This document shows, in pieces, positions 26,585 to 37,898 of a DNA stretch of 53,368 bases. Below the pieces are notes generated by a model. The model searched no databases, was not told the origin of the DNA, and worked only from the letters and a program-made list of their open reading frames with translations. A program made the position numbers and the translations under genes. Source of the DNA: Anaerovibrio sp. (GTDB taxonomy: Bacteria > Bacillota > Negativicutes > Selenomonadales > Selenomonadaceae); contig NZ_JBJDWZ010000133.1 in assembly GCF_051866355.1 (NCBI RefSeq), positions 1 to 53,368 of the forward strand, written 5' to 3'. How positions within the stretch are numbered: position 1 is the first letter of the stretch; each line of letters starts with the position of its first letter.

Positions 26585-27451
26585 ATGGCACAGATTACTG
26601 CTGCATTGGTTAAGGAACTGCGCGAGATTACCGGCGCAGGCATGATGGACTGCAAGAAGGCTCTGGTTGAGTGCGAGGGCGACAAGGACAAGGCTATTGA
26701 TTATCTCCGTGAGAAGGGTATTGCCAAGGCTGCCAAGAAGGCCGGCCGTATCGCTTCCGAGGGTGTTGTTGCAGCAGCTTCCAACGGCAGCACTGCCTGC
26801 ATTGTAGAGGTTAATTCCGAGACTGACTTCGTTGCCAAGAACGAGAATTTCCAGGCACTGGTAAAGAAGATTGCCGAGCACATCGTTGCTACCAAGCCTG
26901 CTGATATGGATGTCCTGAATGCTTCCGAGCTGGATGGCAAGACTGTTGCTGACGTTATGACCGAGGCTGTTGCTTCCATCGGCGAGAAGCTGTCCCTCCG
27001 TCGTTTTGAGGTTTATACCACCGAGGGCGGCAAGCTGGCTACCTACATCCACATGGGCGGCAAGATCGGCGTTATCGTTGAGCTGTCCGGCGGTGAGGAT
27101 GAGCTGGGCAAGGACGTTGCTATGCAGATTGCTGCAGCAAAGCCTCAGTGCATCGGCCGTGATGATGTGGATGCAGACGCTCTGGCTCATGAGCGCGAGG
27201 TTCTCCGCAAGCAGGCTCTTGAGGAAGGCAAGCCTGAGAAGATTGTTGAGAAGATGGTTGACGGCCGTATCAACAAGTATTACAAGGAAGTATGCCTGGT
27301 TGAGCAGGAGTTCGTTAAGGATTCCGACAAGACCATTAAGGATATCCTGGGCGGCGTAGAGGTTCGTCGTTTTGCACGCTTCGAGATGGGCGAGGGCCTG
27401 GAGAAGAAGAACGAGGACTTCGCAGCAGAGGTTGCAGCTCAGATTAAGTAA
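26585..27451 (+). CDS. tsf: Elongation factor Ts
   Basis: [34 protein letters not shown]; GAGGAGG RBS. Confidence 0.99.
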   Translation: MAQITAALVKELREITGAGMMDCKKALVECEGDKDKAIDYLREKGIAKAAKKAGRIASEGVVAAASNGSTACIVEVNSETDFVAKNENFQALVKKIAEHIVATKPADMDVLNASELDGKTVADVMTEAVASIGEKLSLRRFEVYTTEGGKLATYIHMGGKIGVIVELSGGEDELGKDVAMQIAAAKPQCIGRDDVDADALAHEREVLRKQALEEGKPEKIVEKMVDGRINKYYKEVCLVEQEFVKDSDKTIKDILGGVEVRRFARFEMGEGLEKKNEDFAAEVAAQIK

Positions 27452-27472
27452 GAAATTTTACATGTTTTTCAT

Positions 27473-27506
27473 AAAGAAGAGGACAAGCTATTGTTCTCTT
27501 CTTTTT
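27473..27506 (+). terminator. Terminator after tsf
   Basis: AAAGAAGAGGACAA...TTGTTCTCTTCTTT. Confidence 0.8.
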
Positions 27507-27559
27507 AAAAGCGTATAATTAGAGGCGTATGATATTTCCGATAACTAGGAGGGATTTGA

Positions 27560-28282
27560 GTGGGAGCAGCTAAATACAAGCGCGTTGTTCTGAAACTTAG
27601 TGGTGAGTCCCTGGCGGGTGACCAGGGCTTTGGCATTAATCCTGCTGTGGTAGAAACGATAGCCAAGCAGATTAAGCGTGTGCATGAGGAAGGCATTGAT
27701 GTGGCCATCGTCGTGGGCGGCGGCAATATCTGGCGCGGCCTTTCCGGCAGTGCCAAGGGGATGGACAGGGCGCAGGCTGACTATATGGGCATGCTGGCTA
27801 CCTGCATGAATGCGCTGGCCATGCAGGACGGCCTGCAGCAGGCAGGTGTGCCGTCCCGCGTGCAGACCGCCATCGAGATGCGTCAGGTGGCAGAGCCGTA
27901 CATCCGCGGCAAGGCTATCCGGCACATGGAAAAGGGCCGGGTGGTGATTTTTGGCGCCGGCACCGGCAATCCTTATTTTTCCACGGATACCACTGCTGCT
28001 CTCAGGGCGGCGGAGATTAAGGCTGATGTTATCCTCATGGGCAAAAAGGGAACGGACGGCATTTATGATTCTGATCCTAACAAAAATCCTGATGCAAAGA
28101 AGTTTGACGAGCTGAGCTATTCTGAAATACTGGCCCGCCGTCTGGCTATCATGGACAGCACGGCAACCAGCCTGTGCATGGATAATGATATTCCATTGGT
28201 TGTGTTTAACATTGAAGATTATGAAAATATTTACCGGGCAGCTGTCGGTGAGGTTATCGGCACTACCGTAGGAGGTAATTGA
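27560..28282 (+). CDS. pyrH: UMP kinase
   Basis: [37 protein letters not shown]. Confidence 0.98.
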   Translation: MGAAKYKRVVLKLSGESLAGDQGFGINPAVVETIAKQIKRVHEEGIDVAIVVGGGNIWRGLSGSAKGMDRAQADYMGMLATCMNALAMQDGLQQAGVPSRVQTAIEMRQVAEPYIRGKAIRHMEKGRVVIFGAGTGNPYFSTDTTAALRAAEIKADVILMGKKGTDGIYDSDPNKNPDAKKFDELSYSEILARRLAIMDSTATSLCMDNDIPLVVFNIEDYENIYRAAVGEVIGTTVGGN

Positions 28283-28284
28283 TT

Positions 28285-28842
28285 TTGGTTAAGGAAATTA
28301 TTGCTAATAATGAAGAACGTCTGGAAAAGTCTATTGCGGCCCTGAAGAGGGAGTTCGGCTCCCTGCGTGCCGGCCGTGCCACCCCGTCCCTTCTGGACAA
28401 GGTGATGGTTGATTATTATGGCACGCCTACCCCTGTTAATCAGGTGGCAAAGGTGTCCGTGCCGGAGCCGCGCATGATTATGATTACGCCTTGGGAGAAG
28501 GGCCTGATGCACGATATCGAGAAGGCTATCATGAAGTCTGATCTTGGCCTGTCCCCGAATTCCGATGGTACTGCCATCCGCCTGTCCATCCCGCAGCTTA
28601 CCCAGGAGCGCCGTCAGGAGCTGGTTAAGACCGTTGGCAAGAAGGCGGAGGAGGCAAAGGTTGCTATCCGCAATATCCGCCGGGATGGCAACGATGCTAT
28701 CAAGAAGCTGGAAAAGGCAAAGGAGATTACCGAGGACGAATCCAAGAAGGGACAGGAGTCCGTTCAGAAGCTGGTTGACAAGTACATCAAGACTGTTGAT
28801 ACCTTGAAGGATGCCAAGGAAAAGGAAATCATGGAGGTTTGA
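28285..28842 (+). CDS. frr: Ribosome recycling factor
   Basis: LRAGRA.PSLLD, YYGTPTP, ERRQELVK, IRNIRRD; GGAGG RBS favours TTG 28285. Confidence 0.98.
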   Translation: MVKEIIANNEERLEKSIAALKREFGSLRAGRATPSLLDKVMVDYYGTPTPVNQVAKVSVPEPRMIMITPWEKGLMHDIEKAIMKSDLGLSPNSDGTAIRLSIPQLTQERRQELVKTVGKKAEEAKVAIRNIRRDGNDAIKKLEKAKEITEDESKKGQESVQKLVDKYIKTVDTLKDAKEKEIMEV

Positions 28843-28881
28843 TTGCCGCCGCAGTGTAACAGGGCTGAAAAGGACTTTGCT

Positions 28882-29127
28882 ATGATTGGGGAAGGTTTGG
28901 TGCCTGATGTGGCCGGCATGCCGTGGGATTTGGCTAAAAACTTGCTAAATGAGGCACATATAAGGTATAATTCAGTTATCACTTATCCGACCAGGAGCTT
29001 TTTTTCGCTGGAGGATAATGGGTATTACGTCGTCAGGCAGAGGCTGTCTGATGACGGTGTTTTGGAGATTACACTGGCAGCTCGGCTGCTGAAGGAGGTG
29101 TCTGGTAATGGCTTACAAGATTGGTGA
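28882..29127 (+). CDS. Small stand-alone PASTA-like domain protein
   Basis: VPDVAGMPWDLAKNLLNEAHI...YVVRQ resembles the PASTA consensus (VPdv.G....A...L...G...V..Q); AAGGA RBS. Confidence 0.6.
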   Translation: MIGEGLVPDVAGMPWDLAKNLLNEAHIRYNSVITYPTRSFFSLEDNGYYVVRQRLSDDGVLEITLAARLLKEVSGNGLQDW

Positions 29128-29278
29128 TGAGTGTATTTCTTGCGGTTCCTGTGCAGGTACTTGCCCTGTAGAGGCTATCAGCGAGGGTGATTCTCATTAT
29201 GAGATCAACGAGGAGACCTGCGTAGAGTGTGGTGCTTGCGCAGCAGGTTGCCCGGTAGGTGCTATTGTAGCTCCTTGA
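29108..29278 (+). CDS. 2[4Fe-4S] clostridial-type ferredoxin (56 aa; not in the ORF track)
   Basis: Hand translation MAYKIGDECISCGSCAGTCPVEAISEGDSHYEINEETCVECGACAAGCPVGAIVAP*; two CxxCxxCxxxCP motifs; AAGGAGGTG RBS. Confidence 0.97.
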   Translation: MAYKIGDECISCGSCAGTCPVEAISEGDSHYEINEETCVECGACAAGCPVGAIVAP

Positions 29279-29339
29279 TGAATTTTTGGTGCGGCTGGTG
29301 CCTGCACTATGCAGCTGGCTGTATCGGAGAGAACCACAT

Positions 29340-29374
29340 GCCCCTCTAAGTTTTCTTTGGAGGGGCTTATTTTC
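29340..29374 (+). terminator. Terminator after ferredoxin
   Basis: GCCCCTCTAAG...TTTGGAGGGGC followed by TTATTTT. Confidence 0.75.
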
Positions 29375-29395
29375 TTAATACAGGAGGTTATCATC

Positions 29396-30181
29396 GTGTG
29401 GAAAAAGCTGTTTTCCGGTATGCAAAAAAATGATGATGCTTCAGATAAATCTTATCTTGAGGAATTGACTGAGGATCAGCTGCCACAGCATGTGGCTATT
29501 ATAATGGATGGCAATGGCAGATGGGCTACTGGCCAGGGGCTGATTCGCACTGCCGGTCACAAGGCCGGAGTGAAGACATTGAAGAGAATTGTTAAGGCAT
29601 GTACGGATTTGGGGCTGAAAGCGCTGACGGTATATGCATTTTCTACTGAAAATTGGAAACGGCCTCATGCCGAGGTTGATTTCTTGATGAATCTGTTCTC
29701 GGAATATCTCGCCAAAGAGATTGATGAGATGGATGAGGATAATGTAAAAATTGATTTTATCGGCCGTACCTGGGAATTGTCCCGGGGACTGCAGAAGCAG
29801 ATAGCGGATGCGCGGCACAGGACGAGGGAAAATACCGGCCTGCGCTTCACTGTCGCCGTGAATTATGGCGGACAGGATGAGCTGGTACGTGCTGTGCAGG
29901 AGCTGGCCGCCCAGTCTGCCAGAGGCATGGTGAAGCCGGAGGAAATTACGGCGGAGCGGCTGGAGCAGCAGCTGGACACCTACGGTCTGCCGCCTGTGGA
30001 TCTGATGATCCGCACCAGCGGGGACATGCGCCTCAGTAATTTTCTGCTGTGGCAGGCCGCCTATGCGGAATTCTGGTTTACGGATACCAACTGGCCGGAT
30101 TTTACGCCGGAAGAGCTTGGCAGGGCGCTGTACGAGTATGCGCATCGTGAGAGGCGCTTTGGCGGACTGTCGGCCAAGTAG
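29396..30181 (+). CDS. uppS: Undecaprenyl diphosphate synthase
   Basis: HVAIIMDGNGRWA, YAFSTENWKRP, NYGG, IRTSG.MRLSNFLLWQ; AGGAGG RBS before GTG 29396. Confidence 0.97.
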   Translation: MWKKLFSGMQKNDDASDKSYLEELTEDQLPQHVAIIMDGNGRWATGQGLIRTAGHKAGVKTLKRIVKACTDLGLKALTVYAFSTENWKRPHAEVDFLMNLFSEYLAKEIDEMDEDNVKIDFIGRTWELSRGLQKQIADARHRTRENTGLRFTVAVNYGGQDELVRAVQELAAQSARGMVKPEEITAERLEQQLDTYGLPPVDLMIRTSGDMRLSNFLLWQAAYAEFWFTDTNWPDFTPEELGRALYEYAHRERRFGGLSAK

Positions 30182-30221
30182 CAGTGTAATTGTGTAGTTT
30201 GCGTGATGAGAGGTAATCTGA

Positions 30222-31052
30222 ATGTTAGTTAGAATAATTACCGGCATTGCAGGGATTGGGCTGGCCGCCTTTGTTATCCAGACAGGCGGCACGCTGTTTG
30301 CCGTCTGCGGCCTGCTGCTGGCGCTGGGCGCCTGGTTTGAGTATTGCAATGCGTTTGATAAGAAGGGATATCGCCCGGCTCTGCTCGTGGGCGGTATTTT
30401 TGTAGCCGCCATGTGCTACGGGGCCTATGGGGGACTGGATGCCGGGCTTCTGGTGATGCTGTCCATGGGTGCGGCACTGGCGCTGTTTCTGATGACGGTT
30501 CTCCTGCATGGCTCCTTTAGTGTTCCATCGGCGGCAGTATCGATAGCAGGCGTGCTTTATCTGGGCCTGTCCTTTGCCCATCTGATAGGGCTGAGGGTGA
30601 TGGCGCATGGCATGGAGCCGGTGGCAACCAGCCTGGGAGTGCTGGAGCCGGGCTGTGTCCTTATCTGGACAGCACTGATTGGCACCTGGGCCAGTGATAC
30701 CTTCGCTTATTTTGCCGGTTCCTTCCTGGGGCGGCACAAGCTCTGCCCGTCCATCAGCCCCGGCAAGACAGTCGAGGGCTTTATCGGCGGACTGATTGGC
30801 ACTACGGCCTCCGTGGCAGGGCTGGGCGTTTTTTTCGGCTTTGATGTGCGCACGATGGCTGTTTTGGGACTGTGCATCTGCATTATTGCTACGCTGGGGG
30901 ATCTGGTGGAATCCGTTATGAAGCGCTATACGGGCATCAAGGATTCAGGCCATGTGATTCCGGGGCATGGCGGCATCTGGGACAGGTTTGACAGCGTTAT
31001 TTACACGGTGCCGTTTGTTTATTATTTTGTGCAGTTTGTGGCTTTGAGGTAA
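30222..31052 (+). CDS. cdsA: Phosphatidate cytidylyltransferase
   Basis: DTFAYF.G, SPGKTVEG, GDLVES.MKR..GIKDSG..IPGHGG.WDRFDS. Confidence 0.96.
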   Translation: MLVRIITGIAGIGLAAFVIQTGGTLFAVCGLLLALGAWFEYCNAFDKKGYRPALLVGGIFVAAMCYGAYGGLDAGLLVMLSMGAALALFLMTVLLHGSFSVPSAAVSIAGVLYLGLSFAHLIGLRVMAHGMEPVATSLGVLEPGCVLIWTALIGTWASDTFAYFAGSFLGRHKLCPSISPGKTVEGFIGGLIGTTASVAGLGVFFGFDVRTMAVLGLCICIIATLGDLVESVMKRYTGIKDSGHVIPGHGGIWDRFDSVIYTVPFVYYFVQFVALR

Positions 31053-31058
31053 CAGTTG

Positions 31059-32213
31059 ATGAAGAATTTGATTATTTTGGGGTCTACGGGCTCTATCGGT
31101 ACCCAGACGCTGGACGTGGTGCGTGAGCATCCTGATTTGTTCCATGTGTCCGTACTGGTGGCGAACCGCAGTGATGAGCTTCTGGAAAAGCAGATAGAGG
31201 AGTTTCAGCCGGAGCTGGCGGTGCTGTCAGATGAGGCGGCATACGGGAGACTGCGGGAACGCTACAAGGGCGGAGCCGAGCTGGCCGGGGGACGCCGGGC
31301 GGTGATAGATGCGGCTGCTTACCCTGCGGGGGACGTAGTGGTGACCTCACTGATGGGCTTTGCCGGTCTGGAGCCTACCATGGCCGCCTTGGAGGCCGGC
31401 AAGGATATTGCCCTGGCCAACAAGGAAACGCTGGTGGTTGCCGGTGAACTGGTTATGGCCAAGGCGAAGAAGCTGGGACGCGCTATACTGCCTGTGGACA
31501 GCGAGCACTGCGCCCTGTTCCAGTGCCTGCAGGGTCAGGATGCCTCTGCGGTGGAAAAGCTGATTCTGACGGCTTCCGGCGGTCCCTTCCGGGGCAGGAA
31601 GGCATCAGAGCTGACCGATGTGACCAAGGGGGATGTGCTGGCACATCCTACCTGGAATATGGGTCAGAAGATTACGGTGGACTCGGCCTCCCTCGTCAAT
31701 AAGGGGCTGGAGGTAATAGAGGCCCGCTGGCTTTATGATGTGGACTATGACCGCATTCAGGTGGTGGTGCATCCGCAGAGCATTGTTCATTCCATGGTGC
31801 AGTACCATGATGGCACTGTTATGGCCCAGCTGGGCTGTACGGATATGCGCCTGCCGATACAGTATGCCCTTACCTACCCTGACAGGGTGGCCTCCGGCTT
31901 CCCGCGGGTGGATTTTTATGAGCTGGCGAAGCTCACCTTTGAGAAGCCTGATATGGATACCTTCCGCGGCTTGAAGCTGGCCTTTGAGGCCGGCCGCACG
32001 GGGGGAACCATGCCTTGTATCATGAATGCCGCCAACGAGGTGGCTGTGGAGGCGTTCTTGCAGGGGCAGGCAGGCTTTCTGGATATTTATGCATTGATAG
32101 AACGGGCCATGGAGGCCGGAGAGATTGTATATCAGCCAGATCTGGAACAGCTTCTGGCAGCTGACCGGTGGGCAAGGGAGTTTACCCGTGCCGGGCTGGG
32201 AAAGATGAGGTGA
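31059..32213 (+). CDS. dxr: 1-deoxy-D-xylulose 5-phosphate reductoisomerase
   Basis: LGSTGSIG, LANKE, LPVDSEH, TASGGPF, HPTW.MG.KITVDS, NAANE. Confidence 0.98.
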   Translation: MKNLIILGSTGSIGTQTLDVVREHPDLFHVSVLVANRSDELLEKQIEEFQPELAVLSDEAAYGRLRERYKGGAELAGGRRAVIDAAAYPAGDVVVTSLMGFAGLEPTMAALEAGKDIALANKETLVVAGELVMAKAKKLGRAILPVDSEHCALFQCLQGQDASAVEKLILTASGGPFRGRKASELTDVTKGDVLAHPTWNMGQKITVDSASLVNKGLEVIEARWLYDVDYDRIQVVVHPQSIVHSMVQYHDGTVMAQLGCTDMRLPIQYALTYPDRVASGFPRVDFYELAKLTFEKPDMDTFRGLKLAFEAGRTGGTMPCIMNAANEVAVEAFLQGQAGFLDIYALIERAMEAGEIVYQPDLEQLLAADRWAREFTRAGLGKMR

Positions 32214-32217
32214 CTTT

Positions 32218-33354
32218 ATGACGACACTTGTGGCGGCTATTTTTGTTTTCGGACTTCTGGTGCTGGTGCATGAGCTGGGGCATTTTACGGTTGCCAAGCT
32301 CACCGGCATGCGCGTGGATGAGTTTGCTATTGGTTTTGGCCCGAAGCTGTGGAGCCGCAAATATGGTGAGACCCTTTATGCAATTCGTGCCGTGCCGCTG
32401 GGCGGCTTTAACAGGATTGCCGGTATGGACTATGAAATTGTTGAGCGCATGGGCAATCAGGATGCTGAGAAGGATGAGGACGGCAGTCAGCAGGGCGGCT
32501 GGAAACGCTATGTGCCGTCGGCAGGCAGGTCTGATACCATCATGGTACCTGACGAGGAAGGGGCTGGCGAAAGGGCGTACTTCCGTCGTCCTATCTGGGC
32601 CAGAATGATGATGATTCTGGCAGGCTCCTTCATGAATTTTGTCCTGCCGCTGTTTATCTTCTGGGGGATTTTCTATTTTTCCGGCGTGGCGACACCGTCG
32701 CCGGAGCCGGTGGTGGGCTCCGTGGTGGCTGATCGCCCTGCAGCCTTGGCAGGACTTCAAAGCAAGGACAGGATTCTGACCATCGATGGCAGGGAGGTCA
32801 GCCACTGGGAGGATATTTCACGTTATATTCAGGGGGCGGACGGCAAGCCGTTCAAGCTGACCTATCAGCGTGACGGCGAGGTGAGGTCGACAACCCTGAT
32901 TCCTGAGCAGGAGCCAAATACCAAGCGGGCGATTATCGGCATAACCAGCAGTGCGGAAATATATCAGCCGGGCTTTTTTGAGGCGGCGGAGCTGGCCGTG
33001 AAGAAGGTGGGCTTTGTGCTGGCCGCCATGCTGGGAGCATTGGCGCAGCTGGTACAGGGAACTGGTGCCGCAGAGCTGTCAGGCCCTGTGGGGGTGGCCC
33101 AGATGGCCGGTGAGGTGGCACATCAGGGCATCCTGCCGCTGCTGAATTTTGCGGCATTCCTGAGCCTGAATCTGGGGCTGATTAATCTCCTGCCTGTGCC
33201 TGCCCTTGACGGCGGCCATTTTGTGATGCTGATTCTGGAGGGCCTGCGGGGCAAGCCGCTGGGGCCGAAGGTGATGTATTACATTCAGGCTGTGGGAGTT
33301 ACCCTGCTGGTATCGCTGATGATATTTACTACATTTAACGACCTGATGAAGTGA
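32218..33354 (+). CDS. rseP: RIP metalloprotease RseP/RasP (M50 + PDZ)
   Basis: HELGH, FAIGFGP, NLLP.PALDGGH; single PDZ domain. Confidence 0.95.
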   Translation: MTTLVAAIFVFGLLVLVHELGHFTVAKLTGMRVDEFAIGFGPKLWSRKYGETLYAIRAVPLGGFNRIAGMDYEIVERMGNQDAEKDEDGSQQGGWKRYVPSAGRSDTIMVPDEEGAGERAYFRRPIWARMMMILAGSFMNFVLPLFIFWGIFYFSGVATPSPEPVVGSVVADRPAALAGLQSKDRILTIDGREVSHWEDISRYIQGADGKPFKLTYQRDGEVRSTTLIPEQEPNTKRAIIGITSSAEIYQPGFFEAAELAVKKVGFVLAAMLGALAQLVQGTGAAELSGPVGVAQMAGEVAHQGILPLLNFAAFLSLNLGLINLLPVPALDGGHFVMLILEGLRGKPLGPKVMYYIQAVGVTLLVSLMIFTTFNDLMK

Positions 33355-33365
33355 GGTTTGGGTAC

Positions 33366-34433
33366 ATGATAGAACGGAAAAAAACGCGCAGGATATATAT
33401 TGGCGATGTGGCTATCGGGGATGGTGCGCCTGTTTCTGTGCAGTCCATGACCAACACGAAGACCACTGACACGGAGGCAACGGTGGCGCAGGTTAATGCC
33501 CTGCAGGCCGCTGGCTGCGATATAGTGCGCCTGGCTGTGCCGGATATGGACGCGGCGCTGAATCTGGGCAATATTATCAGGAAGGTCAGTGTGCCGCTGG
33601 TAGCTGATATTCACTTTGATTACCGGCTGGCACTGGAAGCCATACGGCAGGGAATTTCAGCCCTGCGGCTCAATCCCGGCAATATTGGCGGCGAGGAAAA
33701 TGTCCGTGCGGTGGTCAGGTCAGCGAAGGAACGCGGGATTCCTATCCGCATCGGCGTCAATGCCGGTTCGCTGGACAAGGTACTGCTGGCAAGATACGGC
33801 GGCGTGACGGCAGAGGCTCTGGTGGAATCAGCCCTGCAGCATGTGCGGATTCTGGAAGCGCAGGAGTTTTACGATTTAAAAATTTCCCTGAAGGCCCATG
33901 ATGTTCCGTTGACTTTGGCGGCTTACAGGCTCATGTCGGAGAAGGTGGACTATCCGTTGCATCTGGGCATTACCGAGGCAGGCACGGCGCGCACGGGCAT
34001 GATAAAGTCCGCTGTGGGCATCGGCGCCCTGCTGGCTCAGGGAATTGGCGATACCTTCCGCATTTCCCTGACCGGGGACCCGGTAGTGGAGGTAAAGGTA
34101 GCCAACGAGATATTGAAATCGCTGGGCATGAGGGAATATGGCCCCACCCTGATTTCCTGTCCGACCTGCGGCAGGACCTGCATCGATTTGGCGGGCATTG
34201 CCGAGCAGGTGGAAGCGCGCCTGGCAGATATAAAGCAGCCGATTTCCGTTGCTGTCATGGGCTGTGTGGTAAACGGCCCCGGCGAGGCACGCGGTGCTGA
34301 TGTGGGCATCGCAGGCGGCAAGGGCGAAGGGCTGGTTTTCCGCAAGGGCGAAATAATCCGCAAGGTAGCGGAAACAGAGCTGGTAGATGAACTGTTCAAG
34401 GAAATAGAATCCATTCTGGAGGAGGAAAAATAA
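33366..34433 (+). CDS. ispG: HMBPP synthase IspG
   Basis: [42 protein letters not shown]. Confidence 0.98.
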   Translation: MIERKKTRRIYIGDVAIGDGAPVSVQSMTNTKTTDTEATVAQVNALQAAGCDIVRLAVPDMDAALNLGNIIRKVSVPLVADIHFDYRLALEAIRQGISALRLNPGNIGGEENVRAVVRSAKERGIPIRIGVNAGSLDKVLLARYGGVTAEALVESALQHVRILEAQEFYDLKISLKAHDVPLTLAAYRLMSEKVDYPLHLGITEAGTARTGMIKSAVGIGALLAQGIGDTFRISLTGDPVVEVKVANEILKSLGMREYGPTLISCPTCGRTCIDLAGIAEQVEARLADIKQPISVAVMGCVVNGPGEARGADVGIAGGKGEGLVFRKGEIIRKVAETELVDELFKEIESILEEEK

Positions 34434-34435
34434 AA

Positions 34436-36145
<1,710 letters not shown>

Positions 36146-36227
36146 TTTAGCGTGCCTGACCTGATATTGTCATGGCGCTATAGAAATATTGTTTGCATGA
36201 AAAAAACAGGCTGTCAAGAACTTTTAC

Positions 36228-36256
36228 TTGACAAAGCATTTTTCTGTAGCTATAAT
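36228..36256 (+). promoter_or_regulatory. Perfect-consensus sigma-A promoter of yceD-rpmF
   Basis: TTGACA-17-TATAAT. Confidence 0.88.
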
Positions 36257-36275
36257 TATTGAGGTTGACGTTTCT

Positions 36276-36809
36276 ATGATGAAAATCAATGTATCTGAAT
36301 TAAGCGATCGTCCCGGTGAGGAGATTCCTTTTGAATTTACTGTCAGTGCCGGGGAGATAGACGCCATTGCCGATACCTATTCCTTTGAGGGGGATATTGT
36401 TGTCAGGGGCGTGTATGTCAATACCGGTCGCTGTTATCGTTTTACCGGTCAGATAAGCTGTACCAGGGCATTTGTCTGTGACCGCTGCCTGGAGCCATCC
36501 TCCCAGCAGCAGGTGCATGACTTCTGCGAGGAATTTCAGCGGGGCAGTGAGCCTGTATCTGGCGGTGAAAGAGCGAGGATAGTGAATTATTTTGACGGTG
36601 ATGTGATAGAGCTGGCCCCTGTCATCAGGGACGTGCTTCTCTCCGACCAGCCGTTAAATAATATATGCAACGCTGATTGTCGCGGTCTGTGCCTGAAATG
36701 CGGCGCAAACCTCAATCATGGCGATTGTGGCTGTGACCGTACTGTTATTGACCCAAGACTTGCGGCATTGCAGCAATTATTGAAGAAAAATAATTCGAGT
36801 ATCGAATAA
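36276..36809 (+). CDS. YceD/YlbN (DUF177) protein
   Basis: CDRCLEP, C..DCRGLC..CGANLN...[11 protein letters not shown]; upstream of rpmF. Confidence 0.93.
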   Translation: MMKINVSELSDRPGEEIPFEFTVSAGEIDAIADTYSFEGDIVVRGVYVNTGRCYRFTGQISCTRAFVCDRCLEPSSQQQVHDFCEEFQRGSEPVSGGERARIVNYFDGDVIELAPVIRDVLLSDQPLNNICNADCRGLCLKCGANLNHGDCGCDRTVIDPRLAALQQLLKKNNSSIE

Positions 36810-36832
36810 TTTCTAAGGAGGTGTATCCTGAA

Positions 36833-37012
36833 ATGGCAGTACCTAAGCGTAAGATGTCCAAGGCCCGTCGTGATTCCCGTCGCGCTAACTGGAAGTTGGA
36901 GGTTCCTGGCTATGTTGAGTGCCCTCAGTGCCATGAGCCAAAGTTGCCTCATCATGTTTGCACAGAGTGTGGTTACTATGATGGCAAGGAAGTAATTTCC
37001 GCAGCTGAATAA
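36833..37012 (+). CDS. rpmF: 50S ribosomal protein L32 (Zn-ribbon form)
   Basis: [31 protein letters not shown]. Confidence 0.98.
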   Translation: MAVPKRKMSKARRDSRRANWKLEVPGYVECPQCHEPKLPHHVCTECGYYDGKEVISAAE

Positions 37013-37020
37013 TGAGTAAT

Positions 37021-37074
37021 ATGAGCAGAGTTTCGTTCCTTCATCCTTTGGAGGATTGAAATTCTGCTCATTTT
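37021..37074 (+). terminator. Terminator after rpmF
   Basis: ATGAGCAGAGTTTC...GAAATTCTGCTCAT followed by TTT. Confidence 0.8.
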
Positions 37075-37191
37075 ACTTTGTTCATATAGCTTTCCAGGAA
37101 AAAATGCTGTACTAAATGCTTAAAATTTATTATACTGACAGGGGAGCTTTTGTAATATCTGCAAATTCCAGTAAATTTTTATAAATTCTGC

Positions 37192-37249
37192 TTGCCTTTT
37201 TGTATATAACAATGTATAATTGCAATCAAGTTATATGAGCTGGTACTAA
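37192..37249 (+). promoter_or_regulatory. fapR operon promoter and FapR operator
   Basis: TTGCCT(37192)-17-TATAAT(37215); downstream 17-mer ATATGAGCTGGTACTAA (37233-37249) resembles the FapR box TTAGTA-N5-TACTAA, with a perfect right half. Confidence 0.7.
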
Positions 37250-37323
37250 TTTTTCAGGAATAGGCATTTTAGTGTAGGTGATTTCACCGCACTGTGCCTT
37301 GTTTTTATGTACAGGTGATAGAG

Positions 37324-37887
37324 ATGGCAAGATTGAAAAAAAAGGAAAGACACGAAATCCTCCTGCGCCAGGTAAAGGAAAAGCCCTTCCTGACGGATGA
37401 GGAGCTGGCCGGACTTTTTGAGGTCAGCATCCAGACCATCCGCCTGGACCGGATGGAGCTGGGCATTCCTGAGGTGCGGGAGCGCATACGTCAGGTAGCA
37501 GAGAAAGCTCAGGATAACATAACAACACTGGAAAAGACAGAGGTTGTGGGTGATGTTATTGATTTGGAGAGAGGTCATTCTGGGATATCGCTGCTGAAGA
37601 TTACCGAGGACATGGTTTTTGCCAGAAACAAGATCGCCAAGGGTCATTTTATTTTTTCCCAGGCCAACTCGCTGGCGCTGGCCCTGATTGATGCGCCGCT
37701 GGCCGTGACCGGCGTGGCGAACATCAAGTACAAGGTGCCCGTGAAGGTGGGCGAGATGCTGATAGCGAAGGCAGAAGTCATCAAGCAGAGAAGCAATAAG
37801 TTTTTCGTCTGGGTCAAGACCAGGAATGAGAAACAGGAAGTCTTTCGGGCGAAGTTTATCATGGTATCTTTGGCAGAAGTTAATTAG
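37324..37887 (+). CDS. fapR: Fatty acid biosynthesis repressor FapR
   Basis: PFLTDEELA..F.VSIQTIRLDR.ELGIPE.RER HTH; hot-dog domain GHFIFSQANSLA. Confidence 0.96.
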   Translation: MARLKKKERHEILLRQVKEKPFLTDEELAGLFEVSIQTIRLDRMELGIPEVRERIRQVAEKAQDNITTLEKTEVVGDVIDLERGHSGISLLKITEDMVFARNKIAKGHFIFSQANSLALALIDAPLAVTGVANIKYKVPVKVGEMLIAKAEVIKQRSNKFFVWVKTRNEKQEVFRAKFIMVSLAEVN

Positions 37888-37898
37888 GAGGCTTTTTT

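Noticed and set aside
29197-29394. 65-aa minus-strand ORF and the 29309 extended uppS start
   Set aside because: The minus ORF is antisense to the ferredoxin. The uppS extension spans a terminator, while a strong RBS supports GTG 29396.
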